Below, piece after piece: positions 10,564 to 19,360 of a DNA stretch of 32,000 nucleotides (its first letter is position 1; every line of letters begins with the position of its first letter). The position numbers and the translations under genes were made by a program. The DNA comes from an uncultured Opitutales bacterium (GTDB lineage: Bacteria > Verrucomicrobiota > Verrucomicrobiia > Opitutales > UBA9783): contig CAKUSQ010000001.1 in assembly GCA_934691225.1 (NCBI GenBank), forward strand, positions 330,001 through 362,000, in the 5' to 3' direction. Under the pieces are notes generated by a model. It ran no database searches. It was not told the DNA's origin and was given only the letters and a program-made list of their open reading frames with translations.

Positions 10564-12705
10564 TCATGCCCATCGACGAACTTCATTCAAAATTTCAACA
10601 ATCGCATATGGGTGTTTTATAGAACTGTTTTTAGAGAATGTTTTTGGTACATAAACATCTGCTGTCGGTTCATGAGAAATTACACATTGAGGTTTTTCTT
10701 CAGGCTTTTCATCCTGACAATACACACACCAACCTTCTTTTAACAAACATGGCTTCAAAACAACTTCAATAGATTTCTCAACATTCAATTGGCAAATCTT
10801 TTTTTTACATACGAGATTCTCTGTTATTGGTTTAAAAGCACTTTCTGTTTCATCGCAAGCCGGCAAATACAAGGTAAAAATGGTACCACAATTTAATGCA
10901 CTTTCTACCTGTATTGAACCATCATAATGTTTGACCAATCCATACACGCTAGAAAGCCCTAACCCTGTACCTTTCCCTACTGGTTTAGTTGTGAAAAAAG
11001 GTTCAAAAATCTTTTTCTGTGTTTCCATATCCATTCCAATGCCCGTATCTTGAACTGTAATTTTTAGAAAACGTCCCTGCAATAAATCTGGTGGGCATCC
11101 TTCGAAATTTTGAAATTCCATCAACATTTTTCCACCCTGTGGCATTGCATCACGCCCATTAACACACAAATTCACCAAAATCTGATCTAAATACGTTGCA
11201 GGAATTTTAACATTCCACAAATTTGTACCCAAATGGGTTTCAAACAGAATATTGCTCCCCAAATAATGTTTTAACATGTGCAATGTTTGCTCTAACTTTT
11301 CTCGCGTTGAAACCTCTTCTATCATTACCTCATCTGTGGTTCCTTTTCGAGCAAACAACATCAATTGTTGCACTAACATAGCTCCACGAGAACCTGCATT
11401 TTGAATACTTTTTAAATAATCTATAAACTTAACATCTGTAGTTTGACTCAATGCTAAATCAGAACATCCATTAATAATGGCCAATAAATTGTTAAAATCG
11501 TGCGCAATTCCACTAGCTAATCGCCCTACAGCTTCAATTTTTTGAGATTCACGCAAGTTTTCTTCCATACATCTAAGTAAAGTTACATCTCGAACTGTAA
11601 TTACAATGTACTCAATTTTTTGATCAGAAAGTGCAAATGGCGATAATGTCCAATTAGTAACCTTTTCTTCACCATCACTGCAAATCATCACCGTATCAGC
11701 TGAATACACACGTGCATTTTCCAAAGCCCGAACAATATTCATGTTAAACTTTACGCCGAAAAATACTGACAAAGGTTTTCCTATCCAATCATCGGTTGTC
11801 ATTTTCAAACAATTGAGTAAACCTTGATTGACATACACCATACGAAAATCAAAATCCTTGCATCGCTCTACAACAATAACACCTTCTTGCAATTGTTTAA
11901 GCGCAGCTGCTAACATCTGATTTCTTTGTTCAAAGTAAAATTGTTCGGAAAAATCATTTAGTGCTACTACATATCCCTGAACATCCCCATATAAATTTTT
12001 CAACGATGTTACTTGAACATAAACATGACGATTTTCTCCCTTTTTATTCAAAAAAATAGCGTGACGATCCAATATATTAGGCTTTGCCTCTAGCAAAAAA
12101 TCTAAAAAGGAAGACTTTTTCTGATCTTGCTGATTTTCAGGCAAATACAAAGGCAAAACTTCGTCCAGCGATCGGTTCAAAATCTGCCCCATTGGTATAC
12201 CTAGAAAATTCTGCCCAGCTTGATTAACATAATTAATGATCCCTTGAGGTGTTGCAGAAAATATAGGGCTCAATAAACTTCCTAATGTGACTGCTAAACG
12301 CAACTTAGTTTCCTTAGATTCACGTTCTACAGCCGCTTTATGAAAAGCCATTTCTGTCGTTACCAACACCATCTTGGCCGTATATGGCTTTAAAATAAAT
12401 CCGTACGGAATTGTAGCTTTAGCCCGCTTAATAATTTGCTCTGAAGTATGCCCTGTTAAATAAACCACTGGAACATCATACTGATGATGCATGGTTAATA
12501 CCGTATCTATACCATCCAATTCCCCAGGCAACGTAATATCCATCAAAACTAAAGCAGGATGATATTCTTTGGTTAATTCTAAAGCTGACTTTCCGTCACT
12601 CGCGATAGGCAAAACTTCATAACCCGCTTTTTGTAAAATCGTTTTAAGAACAAAAGCTGAATTACTATCATCCTCAACGATCAAGATGGACAAAGCATTT
12701 TTCAT
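10564..12705 (-). CDS. Hybrid sensor kinase: REC, two PAS-like regions, HisKA, HATPase_c, plus a 98 aa Cys-rich degenerate receiver-like tail
   Basis: N-terminal receiver (ILIVEDD ... LVLMDITLPG ... YLTGH ... ILKPY). H-box GIAHDFNNLLAII. N box VNLCVNGRDAM. G boxes QDTGIGM and GKGTGLGLSSV. The start overlaps the upstream RR stop by 4 nt. Confidence 0.85.
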   Translation of the reverse strand: MKNALSILIVEDDSNSAFVLKTILQKAGYEVLPIASDGKSALELTKEYHPALVLMDITLPGELDGIDTVLTMHHQYDVPVVYLTGHTSEQIIKRAKATIPYGFILKPYTAKMVLVTTEMAFHKAAVERESKETKLRLAVTLGSLLSPIFSATPQGIINYVNQAGQNFLGIPMGQILNRSLDEVLPLYLPENQQDQKKSSFLDFLLEAKPNILDRHAIFLNKKGENRHVYVQVTSLKNLYGDVQGYVVALNDFSEQFYFEQRNQMLAAALKQLQEGVIVVERCKDFDFRMVYVNQGLLNCLKMTTDDWIGKPLSVFFGVKFNMNIVRALENARVYSADTVMICSDGEEKVTNWTLSPFALSDQKIEYIVITVRDVTLLRCMEENLRESQKIEAVGRLASGIAHDFNNLLAIINGCSDLALSQTTDVKFIDYLKSIQNAGSRGAMLVQQLMLFARKGTTDEVMIEEVSTREKLEQTLHMLKHYLGSNILFETHLGTNLWNVKIPATYLDQILVNLCVNGRDAMPQGGKMLMEFQNFEGCPPDLLQGRFLKITVQDTGIGMDMETQKKIFEPFFTTKPVGKGTGLGLSSVYGLVKHYDGSIQVESALNCGTIFTLYLPACDETESAFKPITENLVCKKKICQLNVEKSIEVVLKPCLLKEGWCVYCQDEKPEEKPQCVISHEPTADVYVPKTFSKNSSIKHPYAIVEILNEVRRWA

Positions 12706-13175
12706 GGCTGAACGGCAAAACTCCTTAATTGTTCATTTTCCTCTACCAATCGTTGGTTAACTTCCAACAAAGCTTGATGAGCCTCTTCATTTGCCAATTT
12801 TATTTCAAAAGTTTTATAAGCATCTGCAATCACATTTAGCAATTGAGGACGTGTCCACGGTTTAGCCAAACAACGCAGCACCTCTGCCACATTGATAGCT
12901 TCTAAAAACATATCACTGACTAAAACCCCTGTTATCAAAACGCGCGAACAAGTTTCCTGCAGCATTTTTACTTGTTGCAAAAAACAAGTTCCTTTCATTT
13001 CTGTCATACGCTGATCCGATAATGCCACCGCAACTCTATTCTTTTTTATAAAATCTAACGCTTCTTCAACATGTGTAGAACCAAAACAAACATAACCTTC
13101 TAACCGTAAGGTCTCCTGCAATGCTTTTAAAATAGCATCATCATCATCTAAGATTAATATAGGATATTTTTTCAT
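12702..13175 (-). CDS. Single-domain response regulator (REC) with short C-terminal coiled coil
   Basis: ILILDDDD acidic pocket, ALSDQRM phospho-acceptor Asp, VLITG, LAKPW Lys. Tail is KLANEEAHQALLEVNQRLVEENEQLRS. It has 4 nt overlaps with both neighbouring genes. Confidence 0.85.
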   Translation of the reverse strand: MKKYPILILDDDDAILKALQETLRLEGYVCFGSTHVEEALDFIKKNRVAVALSDQRMTEMKGTCFLQQVKMLQETCSRVLITGVLVSDMFLEAINVAEVLRCLAKPWTRPQLLNVIADAYKTFEIKLANEEAHQALLEVNQRLVEENEQLRSFAVQP

Positions 13176-13882
13176 ATCAATATTGGAAATTGTAAGGTAA
13201 CAATGGTTTCTGAGTTTTCAACTGATTGGATACTAATTGAACCGTCCATAAGCGATAAATAAGTTTTAACCATGTATAAACCTAGACCTAAATGTTCACC
13301 ATAACCCTCTTGAATCCTGGGATTATCTAAGTCTAAATTTTTCAATGATTCCGGGTCAAAACCACAACCGTTGTCCTGAACTTGACACACAAGATTACCA
13401 TCTTCAACAAAACAAACAATGCTTACTTTGGGCAAAATAACATCTCGAACAGCTTCCTCCGCATTGCAAATTAACTGGATAAAAATTCTTCGAAGGTACT
13501 CTGGTTTAAAACGAATTACTCGTGTAACAATTTTTTTCGTATCCAATGAAAATTGAACTTGTGGTGAAAGTATCTGACGAAAAATAGGCTCTAAATTATC
13601 CAAAAAACATTTTACATCTACATAATCCGGCGTATTAACTTCAGGATGAATTAACCTAGATATTTCAAAAAAAACATCTTTTTCTTTATAACAATTATCC
13701 CGAATAATAACAATCGCTTCATATAAAGAATCAGTACCTTGAGAACCTTCAGAATATAATTCACTTAAAGCTAAATTTCCTGTTAAATAATTGCTTAAAT
13801 CATGCAACAAATAACGCAAAACTCTTTGTAGTTTATGCTTCCATACTAATTCTAGAAACAATTCATCAGAGCAATTAAGCAT
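13172..13882 (-). CDS. Soluble minimal histidine kinase (no TM segment or sensor domain)
   Basis: H-box RYLLHDLSNYLTG only ~25 aa from the N-terminus. N box QLICNAEEA, G1 QDNGCGF, G2 HLGLGLYMV. Length 236 aa. Confidence 0.8.
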   Translation of the reverse strand: MLNCSDELFLELVWKHKLQRVLRYLLHDLSNYLTGNLALSELYSEGSQGTDSLYEAIVIIRDNCYKEKDVFFEISRLIHPEVNTPDYVDVKCFLDNLEPIFRQILSPQVQFSLDTKKIVTRVIRFKPEYLRRIFIQLICNAEEAVRDVILPKVSIVCFVEDGNLVCQVQDNGCGFDPESLKNLDLDNPRIQEGYGEHLGLGLYMVKTYLSLMDGSISIQSVENSETIVTLQFPILI

Positions 13883-13973
13883 CGTCCAGTATTAATGTAA
13901 AAATAGTTGCACATTAAATAAAAAGCAAGTCTGAAAATACTTTTTAAAAAATATTTTACGTTTTTTTATGTAA

Positions 13974-15065
13974 TTATTCTAAAATCTCTTTGTAAGTACC
14001 TCCACCTACAAGGCAATTTTTTCTGTAAAAAGCAATAATTTGACCTATGGCTAATGCTCTTTGTGGTTTTAAAAAATGAATTTCTACCGTTGTTTCATCT
14101 ACCCAATGCCATTGAATTTCTTGCGAAATATCTCGATAACGAGGCTTTGCTAATAAAATCTCTCCTTCCAAAGGTTTTTGCTCTAAAAAATTCATTTCAA
14201 AAACCCGAACGTACGATGCATATAATCCTTGTGTTTCCGGGTGATCAAAACCTACAATCAAACGTCCTGTTTTATAATCTTTCGCAACAACAACATAATG
14301 CTCAAAATCACAGTTAGAAGGTATAGCAATTCCTTTACGTTGGCCTATCGTGTATCGATGTAACCCCCTATGTTGTCCCAAAATTTTCCCCGACAAATTT
14401 ACAATTTCCCCTGGAGCATCCGGTATGTATCTCTCTAAAAACTGATTAATATTAACGTTGCTGCTGCCTAAAAAACAAATTCCTTGGCTATCTTTTCGGT
14501 ACGCATTTGGAAGATGAATATTCGCGGCTATGGCACGAACTTCTGGTTTTGTTATTTCTCCTAGTGGAAAAAAAGCATCCGTTAAATTATCTTTCTTCAC
14601 AAGACATAAGAAAAAACTTTGATCCTTATTTGAATCCACTCCTTCCAGTAAACTTACTGTACCTTTTTTATGTCTCTGTATTTGGCAATAATGTCCTGTA
14701 GCAAGACCATCAAAACCTTTTGTTTTGGCATGTTCTACTAAAACGCCAAATTTTATAAATCGATTACACATTACATCCGGATTGGGCGTCCTACCTGAAC
14801 GATAACCTTCGATCAAATAATCAACTACTTTATGACGATAAACATCTATAAAATTTATGATTTCAAAAGGGATTTTTAAATGTTCTGCAACAGCTCTTGC
14901 TGAGGCCAAATCTTCCTTCCAAGGACATTCCTGCCAAAGCTCCGTTTCATTCTGCCATGAACGAAAGAACACTCCATGTACATCAAAACCTTTTTCTTTT
15001 AACAAATAAGCAGCCACTGCACTATCCACACCACCTGATAGCGCAACTAAAACCTTCTTACTCAT
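13974..15065 (-). CDS. mnmA: tRNA-specific 2-thiouridylase MnmA
   Basis: PP-loop VALSGGVDSAV, plus RTPNPDVMCN and SQGICFLG blocks. I place the start at the ATG (MSKKVLV) at 15065, not the TTG at 15077 in the ORF track. The ATG overlaps the RND stop (ATGAGTAA). Confidence 0.92.
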   Translation of the reverse strand: MSKKVLVALSGGVDSAVAAYLLKEKGFDVHGVFFRSWQNETELWQECPWKEDLASARAVAEHLKIPFEIINFIDVYRHKVVDYLIEGYRSGRTPNPDVMCNRFIKFGVLVEHAKTKGFDGLATGHYCQIQRHKKGTVSLLEGVDSNKDQSFFLCLVKKDNLTDAFFPLGEITKPEVRAIAANIHLPNAYRKDSQGICFLGSSNVNINQFLERYIPDAPGEIVNLSGKILGQHRGLHRYTIGQRKGIAIPSNCDFEHYVVVAKDYKTGRLIVGFDHPETQGLYASYVRVFEMNFLEQKPLEGEILLAKPRYRDISQEIQWHWVDETTVEIHFLKPQRALAIGQIIAFYRKNCLVGGGTYKEILE

Positions 15066-18000
15066 GAATTGAATCAACTTTCGTTGAACAAAAACGGTCC
15101 ATGCCTAAATAAATGATAGGAGTAACAAACAATGTCAAAATTTGAGCAAAAATTAGTCCACCTGCCACGCATAAACCTAAAGATACACGCGCAGCACCAT
15201 CCGCACCTAACCCTAAAGCAATAGGTAAAATTCCAAAAACTGTACTGATGGTTGTCATTAAAATAGGACGAAAACGTTCACAACAAGCATTTAAAATAGC
15301 TTCTTCAGGTGCTTGCCCTTGACGTTGTTTTTCAACAGCAAAATCCACCAAAATAATACCATTCTTTTTAATAATTCCCATTAACATGAACAAACCAATA
15401 AACGTATACAAGGAAAAATCAGACCTAAACAACACAATCGTCAGCAATCCTCCTGCTAAGGCCACAGGCAATGTGGATAATACCGTTAATGGATGAATCC
15501 AATGTTCATATAAGCAACCTAAAACAACATACATCACAAATACGGCAACAAATAACAGTCCCGTTAAACTGCGTGTTGATTGCTGAAATTCCTTAGATTC
15601 TCCACCTAATTCACCATCTACCCCTGAAATACATATTTCTTTGGCTATTGCTTCTACCGCTGCTAAGGTTTCACTTAAAACAACTTTTCCATTTAAATTA
15701 AAGAAAATATCTGCTGATGGAAAATTATTTTTATGAAAAACACTTACCGGACCTATCTCTTTATTCATTGAAACAATCGCGTCCATAGGAATAATTTTGC
15801 CTGCCTTGTTATTGATACCCATCGAAGCAACGCCTTTAACGTCAGATCGTTGATTTTTCTGTGAGGCAACAATCACCTCGTACTGTTCAGTGTCTCCTTT
15901 GATAAGATACGAATAATTCAACGAAAAAGCTTCTTTTAATGATTTTTCTATGCTGTAAGGCGTAAGGCCGTACTGGAATAATTTACGGCGATTATACTGC
16001 ACTTTCAATACAGGATCGCTCAACTCAATATTACAATTCAAAGAACTCCGGTCGATACCAGGGACATCCGCTAATCGCTTTAACATCTTTTGAGCAGCTG
16101 CATTCACTTGCTCCGATTCTATTCCTGTCAACGTGTAAAAATATTTACCACGTTTGTTATCCGAAGAACTGGTTTGAATTTCTAACACCGGCATAGGTTT
16201 TACTAACGGCAAAATTCCTGGCACTTGGAATAACATTCCGCGTAACTCATTGCACAAAGCATCGATAGAAACATCTTTTGATCCACGAATTGACTTACGT
16301 TCTTCTAAATCTTTTAGAACAATTAACAAAACACCTTGGTTCCCTGCCAAAAAACTTCCCATTCCAGCCGCATTCATCGTTACCTTTACGGCAGGGTGCT
16401 TTGACACAATGGCTTTTATCTGATTTTGATACTTATGCATCTGCTCCGGAGACGTTCCTGTCTGTGCCATGAACACACCAAAAATTGCAGAACTATCCCC
16501 AGCTGGTAAAAAAGTTTTCGGCAAGGTTACAAACAATACAATCATAAGTACAACACAACCTACCCACGTCATCCAGGAAACCCATCGATGCTGAAAAAAC
16601 CATGTCAATCGCTTTCGATACCAACCTATAAATTGGTGCTCCAATTGGTAAGCAAACCGTTCAATAACTGTTTTATCATCTCGCTTATGTTTTTTCAAAA
16701 AACGTGCACACATTACCGGTGTAACCGTTAACGATACGATACCTGACGCCAAAATTGCTACCACAATGGTCACAGAAAATTCTCTAAAAACACGACCGAC
16801 TTGTCCTTCCATGAAAATAATAGGCAAAAATGTGGCCATTAAAGAAAATGTCATCGATAAAATGGTGAAACTAATTTCTGATGCACCTTTAAAAGCAGCT
16901 TCTAAAGGCCCCAAACCTGCTTCCATATGCCGAACAACATTTTCAAGAAAGACGATTGCATCATCTACAAGAAATCCAATCGCCAATGTTAACGCCATCA
17001 ACGAAAGATTATCCAAACTGTACCCTAATTGCTTCATAACCAAAAAGGTAATGAATAGAGATAAAGGCATAGCCACAACCGGAATAACTGTTTCACGAAC
17101 ACGTCCTAAAAATAAGAAAATAACGATAGCAACCAAAACAAACGCAATAACGATGGTTTCTTTAACCTCATTGATGGAAGCTAAAATACTTTGCGCTTTG
17201 TCATAAATCGGCATCAACTTCATAGATGGCGGTAATGTTTTATACAAATGCGGCAACATAGCATTAACACGTTTAGATACATCTACGGTATTGGCTCCTG
17301 GTGACTGACTGATGGCTAATATGATAACCGAATCCATGTCAACATTGACACCATCTGCCCAAAAATTTACCTTAAAATCTTCTTCTTCAACCCCCTCTTC
17401 ACACTTAGCTATATTTTCTAAATAAATAGGACGTTGCCCTACGGTTTTCACAACAATCTTTTTGTAATCGGCCGCCTTTGATAACTGTCCATTGGATGAC
17501 AACGTCAACGTCATTGTTTCACCTTTTAAGCGTCCCATACTTAAAATCATAGAATGCTGCTGCACGGCATTGGTTACATCCTCCATCGATAAACCTAAAA
17601 GCCTCAATTTACGATGGTCTACTTGAATGCGAACAGCTCGAGGTACACCGTACACTTGAACTTGTGCAACACCTTCTATTTTATTAAGTTGTTGACCAAT
17701 TTTTGTCTTAGCATAATCGTACAATGCCGAATTGGTCATACTGTCACTTACCAACGATAAAAAGTAAATAGGATCACTATTAGGGTCTTGTTTTTTGTAT
17801 TCCGGTGTTGATGGCATATCCTGCGGCAACTTACGTTGTGCACGTGTAATGGCAGCTTGAACTTCCATAGCAGCAACATCGATAGACTTATCCATGTTAA
17901 AATTAAGTGTCAAAGTGGTAGCACCTAGACGGCTTTCTGAACGAACCTCGTTCATACCCTCAATCTCCATGAATTCTTTTTCTAATGGACTTGCAACCGC

Positions 18001-18186
18001 ATTTGCCATCATTTCCGCACTCATTCCTGGAAATGTTGCAGAAACGCGAATAACTGGATAATCAACTTTAGGTAATGCACTTACAGATAACTTACGGTAA
18101 GATGCAATGCCTAACAACGTTATTGAAATTGCTAATAAAATCGTGGCAATAGGCCTACGGATAAAAGGATCACATATACTTTTCAT
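15058..18186 (-). CDS. RND inner-membrane efflux transporter (HAE1, AcrB/MdtB-like)
   Basis: 1042 aa. N-terminus FIRRPIATILLAISITLLGIASYRKLSVSALPKVDYPVIRVSATFPG. Two 6-TM bundles with large periplasmic loops. Confidence 0.92.
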   Translation of the reverse strand: MKSICDPFIRRPIATILLAISITLLGIASYRKLSVSALPKVDYPVIRVSATFPGMSAEMMANAVASPLEKEFMEIEGMNEVRSESRLGATTLTLNFNMDKSIDVAAMEVQAAITRAQRKLPQDMPSTPEYKKQDPNSDPIYFLSLVSDSMTNSALYDYAKTKIGQQLNKIEGVAQVQVYGVPRAVRIQVDHRKLRLLGLSMEDVTNAVQQHSMILSMGRLKGETMTLTLSSNGQLSKAADYKKIVVKTVGQRPIYLENIAKCEEGVEEEDFKVNFWADGVNVDMDSVIILAISQSPGANTVDVSKRVNAMLPHLYKTLPPSMKLMPIYDKAQSILASINEVKETIVIAFVLVAIVIFLFLGRVRETVIPVVAMPLSLFITFLVMKQLGYSLDNLSLMALTLAIGFLVDDAIVFLENVVRHMEAGLGPLEAAFKGASEISFTILSMTFSLMATFLPIIFMEGQVGRVFREFSVTIVVAILASGIVSLTVTPVMCARFLKKHKRDDKTVIERFAYQLEHQFIGWYRKRLTWFFQHRWVSWMTWVGCVVLMIVLFVTLPKTFLPAGDSSAIFGVFMAQTGTSPEQMHKYQNQIKAIVSKHPAVKVTMNAAGMGSFLAGNQGVLLIVLKDLEERKSIRGSKDVSIDALCNELRGMLFQVPGILPLVKPMPVLEIQTSSSDNKRGKYFYTLTGIESEQVNAAAQKMLKRLADVPGIDRSSLNCNIELSDPVLKVQYNRRKLFQYGLTPYSIEKSLKEAFSLNYSYLIKGDTEQYEVIVASQKNQRSDVKGVASMGINNKAGKIIPMDAIVSMNKEIGPVSVFHKNNFPSADIFFNLNGKVVLSETLAAVEAIAKEICISGVDGELGGESKEFQQSTRSLTGLLFVAVFVMYVVLGCLYEHWIHPLTVLSTLPVALAGGLLTIVLFRSDFSLYTFIGLFMLMGIIKKNGIILVDFAVEKQRQGQAPEEAILNACCERFRPILMTTISTVFGILPIALGLGADGAARVSLGLCVAGGLIFAQILTLFVTPIIYLGMDRFCSTKVDSIHE

Positions 18187-18205
18187 AAAACCCTTCCTGC
18201 CATAT

Positions 18206-19360
18206 TTACTTTAATGTTTCTGGAGCTGTTACCGTATGTAAAACTTGAATTGGCATCCCTGGAGCTAACAAAGTATGCCCTTCAGCGATAACCTTTTCAT
18301 CGCCTTTCAATCCATCTGCAATAACAATCCAACCATCGTAGCTCTGTTCTACAGCAACATTTCGCATCTCTGCTATATTTTTATCATTAACAATGTACAC
18401 AAAACATCCCTTATTTCCCTGATGAATAGCACTCTCTGGAATCAATAAAGCATTTTGTAATGTTTTATAATAAATCTTCAAATCAACACCTCGACCTGCC
18501 CAAAATTGCAGCTCTTGGTTTTCGAATTGTGCACGAATATCAAATGTACCAGAAGTTTTTTCAACTTCATTTCCAATAACAACAAGTTTACCCCACTGAA
18601 CAACAGAAGGATCATCTATCAAACGCGCCTCAACTTTCAAAGTTTCCGTAACATCGTTTTGAGCTTTTAACAAAGAAACAACATGCTGTTCAGCTAAGTA
18701 AGCATCAACAAAAATAGGTTGCAACTGATTTAAAACAGCTAACGCAGTACCTTTGGTGATGAAAGAATTTGCATCGACAAAGGACTTGCTTAACATTCCA
18801 GGAAATGGAGCTGATATAAAACAATGTTCCAGATCGATTCGCTTTAATGCACACGTTGCTTCATCTAAGTCCATCTGTGCCTTGCTAGCATTTACATTTG
18901 CTTTATAAGAATCGTATTCCTGTTGCGACAAAAAATTGCTTGAATGCAAGCCTTCCGATCGTTTCATTTGTGATAAATTTAATTCATAACGCGCACGATC
19001 GATTGCTAATTGCGCTTCACTTTGTTTAACAAATGCTTCAAATGTCCGTGAATCTATTGAAAATAAACGTGCACCCGCTTGTACCTGACCACCATTTGGA
19101 AACTTAACATCCAATAAAGTCCCTTCAATTTGAGGGACAATAACAACTCGATTAAAGGGTGTACTTTGGCCTACCGTTTCTATGTAATTTTGAACCGTAG
19201 CTCTATGAGGTATAGCAATAGGCATCGACAAACAAATACCAGAACTGCTTCCCTGTTTTTTAACGGACGATTTAGATTTTTCCTGCCACCACCACAAAGC
19301 AACAAAACTCGTTATCGCTGCAATAAAATAAACCTTATATTTTCGTAATATATTCATCAT
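18206..19360 (-). CDS. RND periplasmic adaptor (membrane fusion protein, HlyD/AcrA family)
   Basis: N-terminal membrane anchor, central coiled-coil hairpin, beta-barrel C-terminus. Position is between the OMF and RND genes. ATGA overlap with the OMF stop. Confidence 0.8.
   Translation of the reverse strand: MMNILRKYKVYFIAAITSFVALWWWQEKSKSSVKKQGSSSGICLSMPIAIPHRATVQNYIETVGQSTPFNRVVIVPQIEGTLLDVKFPNGGQVQAGARLFSIDSRTFEAFVKQSEAQLAIDRARYELNLSQMKRSEGLHSSNFLSQQEYDSYKANVNASKAQMDLDEATCALKRIDLEHCFISAPFPGMLSKSFVDANSFITKGTALAVLNQLQPIFVDAYLAEQHVVSLLKAQNDVTETLKVEARLIDDPSVVQWGKLVVIGNEVEKTSGTFDIRAQFENQELQFWAGRGVDLKIYYKTLQNALLIPESAIHQGNKGCFVYIVNDKNIAEMRNVAVEQSYDGWIVIADGLKGDEKVIAEGHTLLAPGMPIQVLHTVTAPETLK

Noticed and set aside
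15066-15077. Upstream TTG starts given by the ORF track for mnmA (15077) and mnmG (28313)
   Set aside because: In both cases a nearby ATG yields the canonical family N-terminus (MSKKVLVALSGGVDS; [14 protein letters not shown]). The TTG extensions add non-conserved residues.
16766-17206. 146 aa plus-strand ORF inside the RND gene. The same reasoning applies to 16278-16472, 19130-19348, 19617-19883, 21503-21829, 21868-22056, 14054-14317, 14507-14701, 26146-26349, 26738-26920, 28132-28566 and 10552-10743.
   Set aside because: All lie antisense within long, motif-supported minus-strand genes. Their K/T/N-rich low-complexity translations fit non-coding frames.
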